A stretch of 63,767 bases of DNA, counting the filler, from Choristocarpus tenellus KU-1152 (taxonomy: Eukaryota > Protista > Phaeophyceae), in the NCBI GenBank assembly GCA_964200185.2. It is 15 parts of 15 records of this genome, joined end to end, with 100 filler letters (N's around TTAATTAATTAA, not from the genome) between each part and the next. Parts side by side here need not be neighbours in the genome. Positions count along the whole stretch, not along the records: positions 36,590 to 39,542 come from CAXNAD020023408.1; positions 39,643 to 43,633 come from CAXNAD020016773.1; positions 43,734 to 47,860 come from CAXNAD020016077.1; positions 47,961 to 54,834 come from CAXNAD020007167.1; 11 more parts are not named here. The stretch is one strand, 5' to 3'. Every line of letters starts with the position of its first letter. The first letter of the stretch is position 1. Positions 37,657-49,774 of the stretch are shown piece after piece. The notes under the pieces were generated by a model that worked only from the letters and a program-made list of their open reading frames with translations, was not told where the DNA came from and made no database searches. The position numbers and the translations under genes were made by a program.

Positions 37657-39125
37657 AACGATTCAAGATTATATGTCCTTAATGCCTTGTGGAGTAAATG
37701 GCTTGTTTCTACAAGAGTCCAAATCGTGTGTGTGTACACTGCGATAGGTTTTACCGACATATACTTACCACTAAAGAGGTACTCCGGAGTATTACAAAAT
37801 AACATTACTGGAGGGAAGAAGGGGTATGTAGGTTTAGAGTATGTAGTCCAGTGAGCAAACCACAATCTTCTAGAAATCTGTCTAGTAATAAGAACTCTTG
37901 GGGAATTCTTTGATGTCCGTCTTTGTTGTATTCCAAGGGCTTGGCGTAAAATCCGTGTTGTACCTCAGGTTTTAGTTCAATCATCTTTTTTGATCAAAGC
38001 ACGAATAGTGGATTGATACCGTTCCCTTCTAGTATACTCTTAAGTCGTAAGACCGCCTGGATCATCTGGGTGGAGGTTCCATATCATTGGGGAGAGGGAG
38101 ATACCAAGGAAGGATGGTGCCATGAGTAAGACGTGAGGATCCGGTGGAGCTACCAGGTAGCCGTAGACCCTAGCATCTCCCCTACTAGCATAAGACTGTC
38201 GACGTTTAGAGTGTGGGATAAGAGAGAAGCTTAGTACTTGCATCGCTGTGTGTATAGCCCAAAGCTGCAGCTCAGTCGGCCAGACAAGGTGACGGATTCG
38301 AAAGCATTTTCGGATTTTTTCCTTCTGAGAAGATTCCAGCCGTTGGGTTTTTCTTAACTCTACTAAAAAACATAGAATCTGTCTTATCAAACAAGGCAGA
38401 CCCAACTTTTTCAAATGTCCGGATTGAAGGATGATTTGGAATACTGTTGAGGATTTAAAAACTTGAAAGACTCAGCCTGCCATTGTATTCATTACATTAT
38501 TATTGTATAGTGCCTTGGCTTACTTTGCTTATTCTGTACTACAGTTTTTGGGATAGACCAGATGGGTTATGCCCATTTTTTTTCTGGGGGGGGGGTTACA
38601 CTGTTTTTCTGGTAGGGTTAAGGTGAAAAGATTTTTCATTGCCCATCCTATTTATCCAAAAGCTGCCCTGCAAGTCATAATCCAGCAAACCCATTGTTCC
38701 AGGTTGTTATTGACAATAACAGTAACATATAGTAGTATCATAGTACATGGTGACTCCCAAGTTGTGCCAGGCCACATGTGATACATACACATACATAGAT
38801 ATGTTATCTTAGGACCAGATTTATGCGCCAATAACCAAGCTATCAAAGACGCCCCTTTGTCCAGAGGAAAATATATGGGGGATAAAATTCCCTGGATAAC
38901 TGGGAAGAACTACTTGTTCTGTCTATGAAGGTCTTTGGAAGGCGGGCCACGGTCAATTCCCCTATGTACGAGTGTTTTGTAAAGACTTCTACAATCCTTC
39001 AACTAATCGTGCACAACTCTGGAGGGGAAAAAGTCAATGGTTTCGAATTTTCTCAAGACCACATCCCCTACTACTATTTAATGAATCGGACGGATTACAT
39101 CTACCCTTCACACCACTTGCGCCTT

Positions 39126-39461
39126 CACGAGTTTGAACTGGTTCTGATGTTGCCTAGTCCATGAGGTACAAGGTTCTGGGGACTACAGGTAGTACACATA
39201 TGTTTCCTGCACAAGGTTCGTAGTGTACACATGCGCCAGATTTCAAGCGCTCGCAATCCAGCAAAGAGAAATCCATAGATGACCCCTGGTTGGATCACTG
39301 GTAGGTTTCCGCTCGTACTCGTACTTGCCCCCCCCCACTCATTGTGACTTGACACGTACACTGCGAAGCTTGTAGGAACCTAAACCTGTATGTACTACCA
39401 GTAATCCGCAGAATCTCGTACCTCGGGGACTAGACAACGTGCAAACCAACTTCAAACTCGT
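39126..39461. mobile_element. Foldback/MITE (family C) with about 105-bp imperfect TIRs starting CACGAGTTTGAA
   Basis: 39126-39230 is the diverged reverse complement of about 39353-39461 (CACGAGTTTGAA..TGGTT..TAGTCC..GAGGTAC..GGTAGTACA..CAAG.TTCG.AGTGTAC). Confidence 0.8.
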
Positions 39462-39542
39462 GGGTCAAAGTATCTGAGGGGGGGGTGTCGGCGTCCGTTT
39501 TCCACCCTTTTTTCGATTATCACTTTTTTGGTATGATTTGGT
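39462..39542 (+). mobile_element. Family B-like MITE end B7 (variant) abutting the family C TIR
   Basis: GGGTCAAAGTATCT + 17-nt spacer + GTCCGTTT; runs into the contig end. Confidence 0.75.
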
Positions 39543-39702
39543 NNNNNNNNNNNNNNNNNNNNNNNNNNNNNNNNNNNNNNNNNNNNTTAATTAATTAANN
39601 NNNNNNNNNNNNNNNNNNNNNNNNNNNNNNNNNNNNNNNNNNCCTCCCCCAAATGCCAGTCCTGTCCACCCGCCTCCCACACCACACCCAGTACACACTC
39701 AC

Positions 39703-42700
39703 CTCCATCCCTCTGTACCCATTGATATCCATGTCCATGTCCATGTCCATGTCCATGTCCATGTCCATGTCCATGTCAAACAGGCCATCATCATCCATCA
39801 TGCCCGAGCCAAGGTAATCCCTCATCTCCCCGTCGCCATCCTCCTCCTCTATCCACTCCCTTCTACTCCCTCGCCTTTAGCAGGGTTAGGGATATAGGGC
39901 TATAGCTATGGATTTAGGCCTGTATAAGTGGCAGGGTTGCCATTCTACGCCAAAATGGTCATTGTGAACCGCAGGGATCTTACCGCGTCGATTCAAATAC
40001 TTCAAAACAGAAGAGTAATCGAGATGATCGATTTCGAAAACTTTTCAGTCTTCCGTCAATTTCTCGAGCTGCACGCACGCACGAGCGCTGCTCGATTTCT
40101 TTTTTTCTTTTTTTCTTTTTCTTTTTTTACCGCATTGCACCTCTTGGCGTTTCCTCGCCGCCACACCTCTTTTTTTCAGAGCTCACCGCCTCGACTCAAA
40201 TCGCACATCAGATATTATTTTCTGTGCAATTTCAAGACATGTTAATCACAAACCCTTTCGAATCAAAATGCTCATTACTACAGCGTTCAAAAAAGAGGTA
40301 CGGTAGATACTTCGACAAAATCGTTTCTTCGTTACACCACTTGTTTGTACATACACACATACACACGCTTCATCAGAGCGATAAGGGCAAGAGGGGCAGA
40401 GCATCGAATATACAAAATATTGGATTTGCTAATTTACCATCATAAGCTTGTCCAAATAATTCCTACATTATCATTTAATAATTGTATACTTCGTAGGTAC
40501 GATTTCACATTTCTTAATGCACACTCACTAATTATACACTATAATATCGTAATCAATAAAACTTCAGTTGTTATGATAACATCAACAAAGAAACAATAAA
40601 ATAAAATAAAATAAAATAAAATACAGTAGCAGAAAAATATGCTTGTTCTTTCGCTGATTTTTTCAGGGATCGGCTTGAAAATGAAATCAAAATCGAAACG
40701 ATGAGCTTGACAGATTAACTAGATACTACTTCAATAAGAACAGTACGATAACGTTTTTAATACTTTCAAAGACTCATCCAAAAAAGTTCAAATCCAAACT
40801 TGAGGAAAACTTACATACTACATAGACTACGGCTAACATAAATCCTGCAATCAAAAATCTAAAAAAAGAAACATTCTCAATATAGCAATAAAAAACTATT
40901 GAAATGGGCGAAGTACTATCGAAGGGCTTACAAATATCCTCTCATACCCAAAATCAACCCTCCCCTCACACTCAAGCACTCTCAACACAAACTCCACACA
41001 CCCTTAAATCAACCCACAGACACGCCTCCTCCACCTCAGTAGATGCACATAACCTACCCCAATATCCCCTCCCCTTCTCAACTGATCTCACCCTCCTAAT
41101 CCTATTGGAAAGCAAGCCTCCCCCCCCCCCCCCCCCCAGCCAGCCTCAGTCCACTTTGTAAGACAAAGTACACACACAACCCAAGAGTCAGTCCAATACA
41201 CCCTCATCCCAGCATGCTCACATACCCTTCTCCCTCCAAAGATTCCTTTTTTATGGGCTGTGCATGGTTTGTCAGCACTTCTCCAATGTCCTGTCCGGCC
41301 TCCAACGCCCCGCACACGCCCTCCAGGGTTGTTGCTCTGTCTGCAGATGCCGCAATCACCACCGTTAACGCCTGAACGTGGTCTGCACTCATGTTGTCTG
41401 TTGACCCCAGCCTAGCTGTGAGAGAAGCCTCAGCCTGGTGAAAGGGGTGGGGTTCATGACGCTTCAATATATGTTTGCCAGATCAGTACCCACCACAAGA
41501 GAGCTCTAGAGCTATGAATCATGTGGCTGTGATTACAGGACCAAATTGGCATCAGTATGTATCACTGACTGTGCGGAGGAGGTTCCATACAGTGCTCTAG
41601 AGCTGTGAATCGCCTGGTAGTGCTCTAGAACTTCGAATAATCTGGTAGCGCTCTAGAGCTATGAATCATCTGGTAGCGCTCTAGAGCCGTGAATCACCTG
41701 GTTGTGATTACAGCACCAAATTATCAATAGAACATACATACATACATAAATACATATGAATCACTCGCCGGTTGGATCTCACGGTGAATATCATATCATG
41801 CAAGGGGGGGGGGAAAAGAGACAAGGGGAAGAGAAAGGGAGGAGAGGAGAGTTCCAAAAGTCTACCGGCTACAACGAGGCAAGTCATTGAGCACAGGAAT
41901 ACGTCGACATCCACTACAACAAAAACCCGAGAGGGGAGAAAATAAAAAAAATATATAAAAAAAATCTCGCCAACTCTTTTTTTTTTCTTCCTCTGTTAGG
42001 GAGATCGTCGCCGCAAAAATGTATCCACAGGAAAGCCGGTTTTGGCTGCCGTTGCCCCCGCCGCTTGCAACCCTCCTACAGAAGGAGAAGCCACCCCCAA
42101 CAACAACAACAACAAAAACACAAGGGAGGCGTGCGCCTCGTCTCGCCTCCCTCCTCGCGTCACCATTGGTCTGGAAAAGGACATCAAAGAATCTGTATAT
42201 TTATGTAGACTTCGGATTTTCTTTTTTCTTAGAACATTCATCACTCTGATCGATCGTCCATTCTCTAACGCTGCTCTGCTCCTCTCATACTTCAGCCAAA
42301 AGACTCCTGCACTCATCTCGTTCCCCCCACGTAAGAGAATCGAAGGTTAGTCCCTTTCTTGCCATTTTTTTTTTTATTGGACAGACACGAAACACCTTGC
42401 GAGACGTATGGATCCGTCATAAAAGAAAAAAGAAAAAAAAGAGTACAAAAAAAAAAAAAATCATTTTGAGACCGGGCACGTTGTGTGTTGTTCTCAACAC
42501 AACCACTGTGCGTGCGCGCACAAAACCAATTTGATTTTTTTTTTTTTATAATTATCAGGAACTGTCTTTTTCCCAATGAAACCGATATAGCCAGTCCTCG
42601 CATGCTGGTCGACATTCTGTCAACAGAGGTATGATAGTCGATGTAGCAAAAATATGGTGTAGTACAGGTGACCAACAAAGTAGATACATGAAACCATAAA

Positions 42701-43433
42701 AAATATACCCCTCACAAACGGTAAAATCCTCTCCAGGTCAAAAAAAATTGTCCCATTGGCTGTAAGACCATGTAAGGTAGAGTTGGTTCCAAGGTTACCT
42801 CATGCCAGAACAGGGCACCTCATAAACAGTACAATCTCACCATTGCACAACACCACTATAAATAGAAACCTCATACACTGGAGTGTGCTTTTTGAAGTGA
42901 CCTGGAGCAGTCTGTTCCATACACATCACCCACTGTCTGAGAGATTGCTAGTGCAATCGGGCTAAAAAAGACACTCACACAAACAATATTGTCTGCACAT
43001 TGCTTCCCACCCCCCCCCCCCCCCCCCCCCCCCCCACCCACTCCCCCCACCACCCCTCCCACCAACTCNNNNNNNNNNTCCTATGTCATTCCGGCTAAAA
43101 AAAACCCTCACACAAAAAATATTGTCTGCACCTTGCTTCCCCCCCCCCCCCCCCTCCCCCCCCAATTCCTCCAAAAAATAAAATACTGTTGACATAATTC
43201 GGCAAGCCAATCAAAAATAGAACATTGCCTCTTCCAGTCAATTCATGAGACTGAGGACCGACTCTTTCACGCATCTTTGGTTAGACACATTTACCACAGC
43301 CATTTCCCCATTCTTTCCCACACATCCCACCCCACCACGGAGCTCAATCACCTCTTCCAGCAAAGCTTTCCGTCGCGCTTCCTCCTCGGCCTCCAGTCCT
43401 AGCAAGCTCTCCAGTGCCCTTTCTAGCTCTGAC
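39703..43433 (-). CDS. Unknown protein fragment; exons 43433-43352, 41434-41226, 39874-39703 (ends in a (DM)8 repeat region)
   Basis: Three GT-AG exons with compatible phases: SELERALESLLGLEAEEEARRKALLEE-AEASLTARLG...ESLEGEG-RGSRREWIEEEDGDGEMRDYLG...(DM)n..GME. Confidence 0.6.
41502..41710. repeat. Intronic 28-bp minisatellite (GCTCTAGAGCTATGAATCATCTGGTAGC), about 5-6 units
   Basis: Repeated GCTCTAGA...GAAT...TGG every 28 bp from 41594, with one more upstream unit at 41502. Confidence 0.85.
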
Positions 43434-43733
43434 CTGTACAAGATGAAAGAGTCACATGGAGTGTGGGCAACAAGAGGATCAGACTGTGGATTCCTTCACC
43501 CCTCTTCAAAGGTACAATATTAGTGACATCCATGACCAGCTAAGGAGTGGACACACCTTACCAACTTCCACCCCCCCCCCCCCCCCCCATCCCCTTAAAT
43601 CATCACTCACAAATGCCAATATGCCTTATTGCANNNNNNNNNNNNNNNNNNNNNNNNNNNNNNNNNNNNNNNNNNNNTTAATTAATTAANNNNNNNNNNN
43701 NNNNNNNNNNNNNNNNNNNNNNNNNNNNNNNNN

Positions 43734-43968
43734 GTGGGGCTGGGGAGGGGGAGGGGGAGGAACTTGTAGATGGGGAGGATAGTACTGAGGAGGAGGATAG
43801 TACTGATGAGGAGGTAGAGGGGGGGGTGGAGGGGGAGAGTGGAGCGGAGATTCGGCGTCGATTGGGTAAAAAGAAGAAGGTTAGGAGGGATGGCATGCAT
43901 GAGAGGAGACTTCCTCCTGCTTGTGACGCGGAGGGGCGTGCGGCTGCAAAGGCATCCAAGAAGGAGGT

Positions 43969-44008
<40 letters not shown>

Positions 44009-45399
44009 CTCTTTTGAGTAGAAATTGTGACAAGAGGAGGTACGTGTGTGACACAGTCTTCAACTAAAAAGACACATTGTTGATTGTACTACTACTGTTG
44101 AAGGAGCCAGATGGTATTGATAGTATATAAAGAGTCATTCGACCATGAGATGCACCGATGCTATTGATACGAGTTTTTTTGTTTGCTCTGACCCTAACCC
44201 TAACCTCTCAACCTCCTCTTTTCATAAGAAGAGCTAAGGACTAGTTACCGTACTCATCTAGTGGTAAGGTAATAGTATTAAATACCTGGGGATACTCATC
44301 TAGTGGTAAGGTAGTAGTATTAAATACCTGGGGATACTCATCTAGTGGTAAGGTAGTAGTATTAAATACCTGGGGATACTCATCTAGTGGTAAGGTAGTA
44401 GTATTAAATACCTGGGGATACTCTACTCATGTGTTTGGATCAGCCAAAATGTGGATACTCTAACCCTAACCCTACTCATGTGCAGCACGGTGCTATGTAC
44501 TAAGTTGTAGAGAGTCTTGGAGTGGGCGGCAATACTGGGATGGCTTAGGGTTAGGGTTGACATGTACTCTAATACGAAGCAGGTGTCACTTTTGGAAGTT
44601 AGAAATATGACAGTTCTCACTAGAAAGAACAAATATCGGCTAGGGTTATGTGGGGTTAGGACAGTTCTTATAAAAAACAACACTAAATTATAGGGTTAGG
44701 ACGGTTCATATAAAAAACAATAATAAATATCGGCTAGGGTTATAGGGTTAGGACAGTTCTTATAAAAAACAATAATAAATTTGGCTAGGGTTATGGGGTT
44801 AGGACAGTTCTTAAAAAACAATAACAAATATCGGCTAGGGTTATGGGGTTAGGACAGTTCTTATAAAAAACAATAATAAATATTGGCTAGGGTTATGGGG
44901 TTAGGACAGTTCTTATAAAAAACAATAATAAATATCGGCTAGGGTTATGGGGTTAGGACAGTTCTTATAAAAAACAATAATAAATATCGGCTAGGGTTAT
45001 GGGGTTAGGACGATATTTTACAAGAACTATTGTATGACTACTCCCTTCGAGTGACTATGATTTTTTTTGAATTTTTTCCCCTTGGGTGTTCGTTTGTTTG
45101 AATTAATTAGTTGAATTAGTTGAATTATTGACATTTAAGACCCGTTGGAACAATTTTTTTCAGATATATTTTTTTCACTACACTTTTTTTTTCGTGATAA
45201 GAGACCCCTAACCCTAACCCCATATGCATAACCCTAACCCTAACCCCATATGCATAATCCTGACCCTAACCCTAACCCTCACCCTATCCGACAGGCGAAG
45301 AAGGTGACAAAGGAATCACAGAAAGAGCGTCGGAAGCACAAGATCAAGAAGCATGTCAAGCAGCAACGGATCAAGAACTCCTCAGGAAAAAAGAAATAA
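43734..45399 (+). CDS. RIO1: RIO1 serine/threonine kinase, C-terminal two exons (43734-43966, 45295-45399)
   Basis: Acidic tract then ...AAAKASKKE|AKKVTKESQKERRKHKIKKHVKQQRIKNSSGKKK*. This matches the conserved RIOK1 tail KK..K..Q.E.RK.KI.KHVK; phase-0 GT-AG intron 43967-45294. Confidence 0.85.
44251..44423. repeat. 42-bp minisatellite x4
   Basis: TACTCATCTAGTGGTAAGGTAGTAGTATTAAATACCTGGGGA, near-perfect, no spacers. Confidence 0.95.
44608..45012. repeat. About 52-bp minisatellite x7-8 containing telomere-like TAGGGTTA motifs
   Basis: AATATCGGCTAGGGTTATGGGGTTAGGACAGTTCTTATAAAAAACAATAATA units. Confidence 0.92.
45205..45286. repeat. Interstitial telomere-like (CCCTAA)n tract
   Basis: CCCTAACCCTAACCCCATATGCATAA units just upstream of the RIO1 3' splice site. 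Confidence 0.8.
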
Positions 45400-46450
45400 A
45401 TAAATAATATATTAGTAAGACAATAAACAACAATTACAGGAGTGTAGTAGTGTAGTACCGAATAAGTGGTGCTTTTGAGGAGTGTCTCCGGCTTGTGCTT
45501 GAACAAGAATTAACAGGATGGGGCTTTTGTGATGAGCTTCATGAGAGGCACCAACGTGGTAATGCAGTTGTTGTGGAGGACAGAGAGTCAGTGCGTCTTA
45601 TCTATTGTGCCTGCTGTGCTGCTAAGTGGTGATGCAGTTGTTGTGGGGGGAAGAGAGCCAGTGTGTCTCATCTATTGCGCCTGCTGTGCCGCTAGTGTGT
45701 ATATATATACTGTAATAATGAAGCCCTTGTTTATTCTTTTACTCCACCTTTTTTTGACATTTGGGAGATTTTGTCAGGAGGGGAGGACGAGACAACATGG
45801 AAGGTATGGTGTAAGACAAACTCAGTATGCTGTGGATTTGGTGGTCTATCTGGACTGTTAGCTGTAGAGATGATACCAAAAGGTGGTATCACTCAACCCA
45901 ACAATATTTATATATTGGTGCTGTTAATATTAATGACTTGGAATTTAGCTTGGGGAAGTGATGACTTGGGTTGTTTATTGTGGAAGATGTGATACCTTGC
46001 TTGAATTGAAAGCTTATTGTGGTATTTCATGTACTGAGTGTAATGGTGTTATACCTTGCTTGAAGTGAAAGTTTATTGTGGTATTTTGTATACTTAATGA
46101 AATGATCTGCAGCAACGTAAACAATATCAGGGAGAAGGAAAGGTACAATACTTGTCACCACTACTGTAACATCCTTCACCTGAACAAATCAAAACCAAAC
46201 CACAAAAGTGCTGCTATCCATTCACTACACAAAAAAAAGAGTACTTAATCCAAATACCCCAATCCGCCCCCCAAAAGTATGGACACATTGTCCCAAGTTG
46301 ATGGACCTGTCATGTACATTCCAAAATGACGATCTTACGAGAGGTTGGTTGAGGGCTATAGGGTTAAGCGTAGCCTTCCTCTCCCATTTCCGACCCTCTG
46401 GAGACACAATCACCTCCAAGTTGATTTTTCTTTTGGGATGACGTTTGTCT

Positions 46451-46638
46451 GACTCAAAAGTATCTGGGGGGGGAGGGGGAGTCTACAACAGGGTATCCAT
46501 TTTTGGGCCCTGATCAGGAAAGGTGCAGGTACAATGTCCATCTAACGAATGCAACCAAATCACACAAAAATTGTGACGTGGAAGAATAGGTCCGAACTGT
46601 GAACAACTGCCACTCCCCACTGCCAAATGCTTTGATCC
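46451..46638 (-). mobile_element. MITE family B copy B8 (older), TSD TCT
   Basis: GACTCAAAAGTATCTGGGG ... AAATGCTTTGATCC; TCT on both flanks. Confidence 0.85.
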
Positions 46639-47770
46639 TCTCTCCAAGTTCATCGCCATCACAATCCATCCGTCTGTCTGCCTGCGAATCACCCTTGAGA
46701 AGACCGTTTGAATTGAAATCACGTGTATCATCATTGCTGCTGATGTTTAAGACTCTTTTTTCTTTTTTCTCTCTTTAACAGCAGATTTCCCCCCCCCAAA
46801 AAAAAAAATTGAGGACGACGGAACTTTTCATTGAGGATGGACTTGACCCAAAATTGACTGGGATAAAAGTGTCGAGATATGTTTTGTTTTTGTTTTTTTG
46901 TTAAATATTTCTTTCCTCGTCCCTACACCACGATGAAGATGAAGACAGCAGGGCACCTAAATGCATCCAATCTAATAGAAAGATACCACAGTGAAATGAA
47001 CTACGAGTACATTCCGTCGTCAGTACATACGTAACTAGGTGATAAAGCTTGTTATTACGCCATAGTGATCCGCCGAAATCCTTTGTACGTGGTCGTGGCG
47101 GAAATCTCCCGATTTGGACTCAAAATCGACAGCCCGAAGATTTTTTTTATTTGGTACTATATTTCGTAAGGTTAGGGAGAGTTTGGGGTGTATAGTTCAA
47201 GGTAGGTACGTACAACACTCAACAATAAAAATTACGGTTTACTTGATGTTTGGGGGGCTCGTTCCCTTCCGGAACTTAATGGTAGGATGGAAGCGCTCCT
47301 CAGCAAGAGTTGAAAAGAGAAACCGGAGTTTAGGGCCCTTCCAAAAGACAACTCTGTTCCACTTTTTTCTGATAATTTCAGTCTCTATTCCTACGAAAAT
47401 TCGGAAAACTCGGGAATTTGGGATTTTTTTTTTTTTTTGGGGGGGCTGTTATTCTTGTTGTTAGGAAGAAGAGGACTTGTTACGTGTGAGATGAAGACCT
47501 GGACTGTGAAGCACAAGCAGGGAACGCTCCCATTTCGTTATTGGATGTGCAGAACTTCAAAGCCATCCTCGAAGAAGGGCATTGATAAAAAAAAAAAAAC
47601 CCAAAAAACAACACAGAAAAAAAAAAAAATCAAAAAAAAAACCCACAAAAAAAGGGGTACTCAAGAAGAGAAAAAACCCACACAAAATTAATTTACTGTC
47701 GATCTAGCACTCACTACTTCACTGGAGAGGGCGCAACTAGTGCCCTGAACATCGTATCTGGCCAGGTGGT

Positions 47771-47860
47771 GACCCAATCTGGGGGGGGGGGGGGGGGATA
47801 CACTAGAGTGTCCATTTGGACCAAAACCAGGAAAAGTGCACTTTTATTAACCATCTAACG
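47771..47860 (-). mobile_element. MITE family B copy B9 (partial, contig end)
   Basis: GACCCAATCT-polyG-ATACACTAGAGTGTCCATTTGGACCAAAACCAGGAAAAGTGCAC. Confidence 0.85.
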
Positions 47861-47960
47861 NNNNNNNNNNNNNNNNNNNNNNNNNNNNNNNNNNNNNNNN
47901 NNNNTTAATTAATTAANNNNNNNNNNNNNNNNNNNNNNNNNNNNNNNNNNNNNNNNNNNN

Positions 47961-49474
47961 CAATATATCATTTTTCTGTCTCCTCATGGTGGCCTTGGTG
48001 ATGTAGAAGGGTCTCCACTTGATGAAGGTGCTTTGACAAGGTGTACCTCCATTCAATCCCTGGACCTCCAACCTCTCCTTGAATATGTCATACACCTCCT
48101 TATCTGTCCCGATCTGTGTTCTGTCATTGTTGGAGAGGAGGGGAGAGAACAAAGGAGTCGAAAGTTTAACGTTTGAGGTGTGGGACGTTAAATCGGTCAG
48201 GAGCATGTGAAACTAAGAAGCGGCGAACACACTCTGTACACTTGTAGGCGACAGTACCTCTGAGCGTGTTGTTGGCAGCGAGCGTTTGGATGGCAGACTC
48301 TCTTGTTGGTGCGGGGGTCCAGATAGTGCATGCCGTAGCGTCATCGTGTTTCCAGATTGGATCGTAGGGCATGGGCTTGCTGTTGGTCTCCCCCATACAT
48401 TCAGGTCAAGGAGGTGGGTTTCCGGATGCTTGGGCTCAAAGTATCTGGGGGGGGGTGGCGGCTCTCCATTTGGTGCCAATTTTTTCATGTCTTGATTTTT
48501 GAGTAAATAGGTTCCATACGCTGGAAGGACAATGAAAGTGCACTTTTCCTGGTTTTGGTCCAAATGGACACTCTGGTGTAGAAATACAACACCACCCACC
48601 AAAAAAAAANNNNNNNNNNCTTTTCCTGGTTTTTGGCCAAAGTGACACTCTGGTGTAGCCCCCCCCCCCCCCCCAGATACTTTGGGTCTTGTTCTCGAAA
48701 AGGCAGTAAGAATTGTCTCGCTTTCTGTCAAATATCCTGGGCCTGTCCAAGTCCGTGTGTATACGAGGGGCAAATGTGTAAAAGGGGGATGCGTCATCGT
48801 TGGAAAGAGGTAAACTGGCCTGCCTAAATTTCGGGATGGAGGCCTTTAGGAATTCGTAATGGGCTATTATTCAATCATCACAGACACCCCATGTTGCACC
48901 TGGGACGAGGCGATGTGGACCGAGGGCTAGTAGTTGAGACCCCCCGTTCGTCAAGACTTGTTGTTGGGCTGTGGGTGCTAGGCGCAGATGCGGAGGTTAT
49001 AGTTCCGTACGTTGTTGAAAGAATCGCTAGTTCCCGTCTCTCCCCCTCTCGATTCAGATGATCCTGTAAAAAGAGGGCCCTCTTGTGCGCGAAAGACCTT
49101 AGTGTTTCTTTCTTGATCTTGTATCTCTTCGCTTGCCTGGACAGGGTCAGTTCGTACGTTGTGGTGATCCCATCTTCTAGGAGGCACACATCTGGCGCAA
49201 TGCCCGCGAGGATGGAGTTGTACACTTGACGGGTGTGCTCTGTGTTCAGGTCGTTCTTGATGGCATTGACAAAGGTTTTGACCTGATGGTCTGTTGATGA
49301 GGCCGTTTTCTCCCTGGAGAATACATCCCGCAGGGCCTCTGCCAATGGAGCAAATGTTTGTTTCTCCTCCAAGAACCATGTGGCAATATAGTGCCACGTA
49401 TAACTTTCACACACACCCCCCTTCGTGTCCGTGTTCATCCACAAGCAAGGAGGAAAGAATTCGTAGTACAGCAT
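47961..49474 (-). pseudogene. Decayed DNA-transposase-like gene (Sola-like N-terminal half), interrupted by a family-B MITE
   Basis: Successive minus-strand frames: LSRQAKRYKIKKETLRSFAHKR (HTH-like), RSEVLS..ECVRRFLVSHAP, RTQIGTDKEVYDIFKERL...STFIKWRPFYIT, with frameshifts and stops. Family assignment is from recalled motif resemblance only. Confidence 0.45.
48433..48688 (+). mobile_element. MITE family B copy B10, TSD TTG (internal N gap inflates its length)
   Basis: GGCTCAAAGTATCT ... AGATACTTTGGGTC flanked by TTG/TTG. Confidence 0.9.
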
Positions 49475-49774
49475 CTATGTTCTTCTTTTTCCAACTGCGC
49501 AGCGAACTTGGATTGGAAGGTCTGCAAACTCCTCTCTTTCTGGTGGGACAGAGAGGTTACAGGCGATTGGGCATGTACATGAGGCTTGTTAGAAGAAATG
49601 ATAAGGTGGGTAGAATGTGCATGTGAATGGAATGTGTCGAAGGAGGAATATATCTTGACATGAAACGTAAAAGTGTAGCCAATCGAAAACATATCATCAG
49701 TTGTGTTCCAATTTTTTGAGTACATTCATGTTAACCCCTCCCCCCCTCCGGTTTTTCAACACACTCAATTGTGT

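Noticed and set aside
39931-39945. CAGGGTTGCCA, a hAT-like terminus
   Set aside because: No matching inverted end or 8-bp TSD found in the contig.
44251-45012. Regularly spaced repeats that could be mistaken for a CRISPR array
   Set aside because: Units are contiguous with no unique spacers, lie in a spliceosomal intron, and have no cas genes nearby; they are minisatellites.
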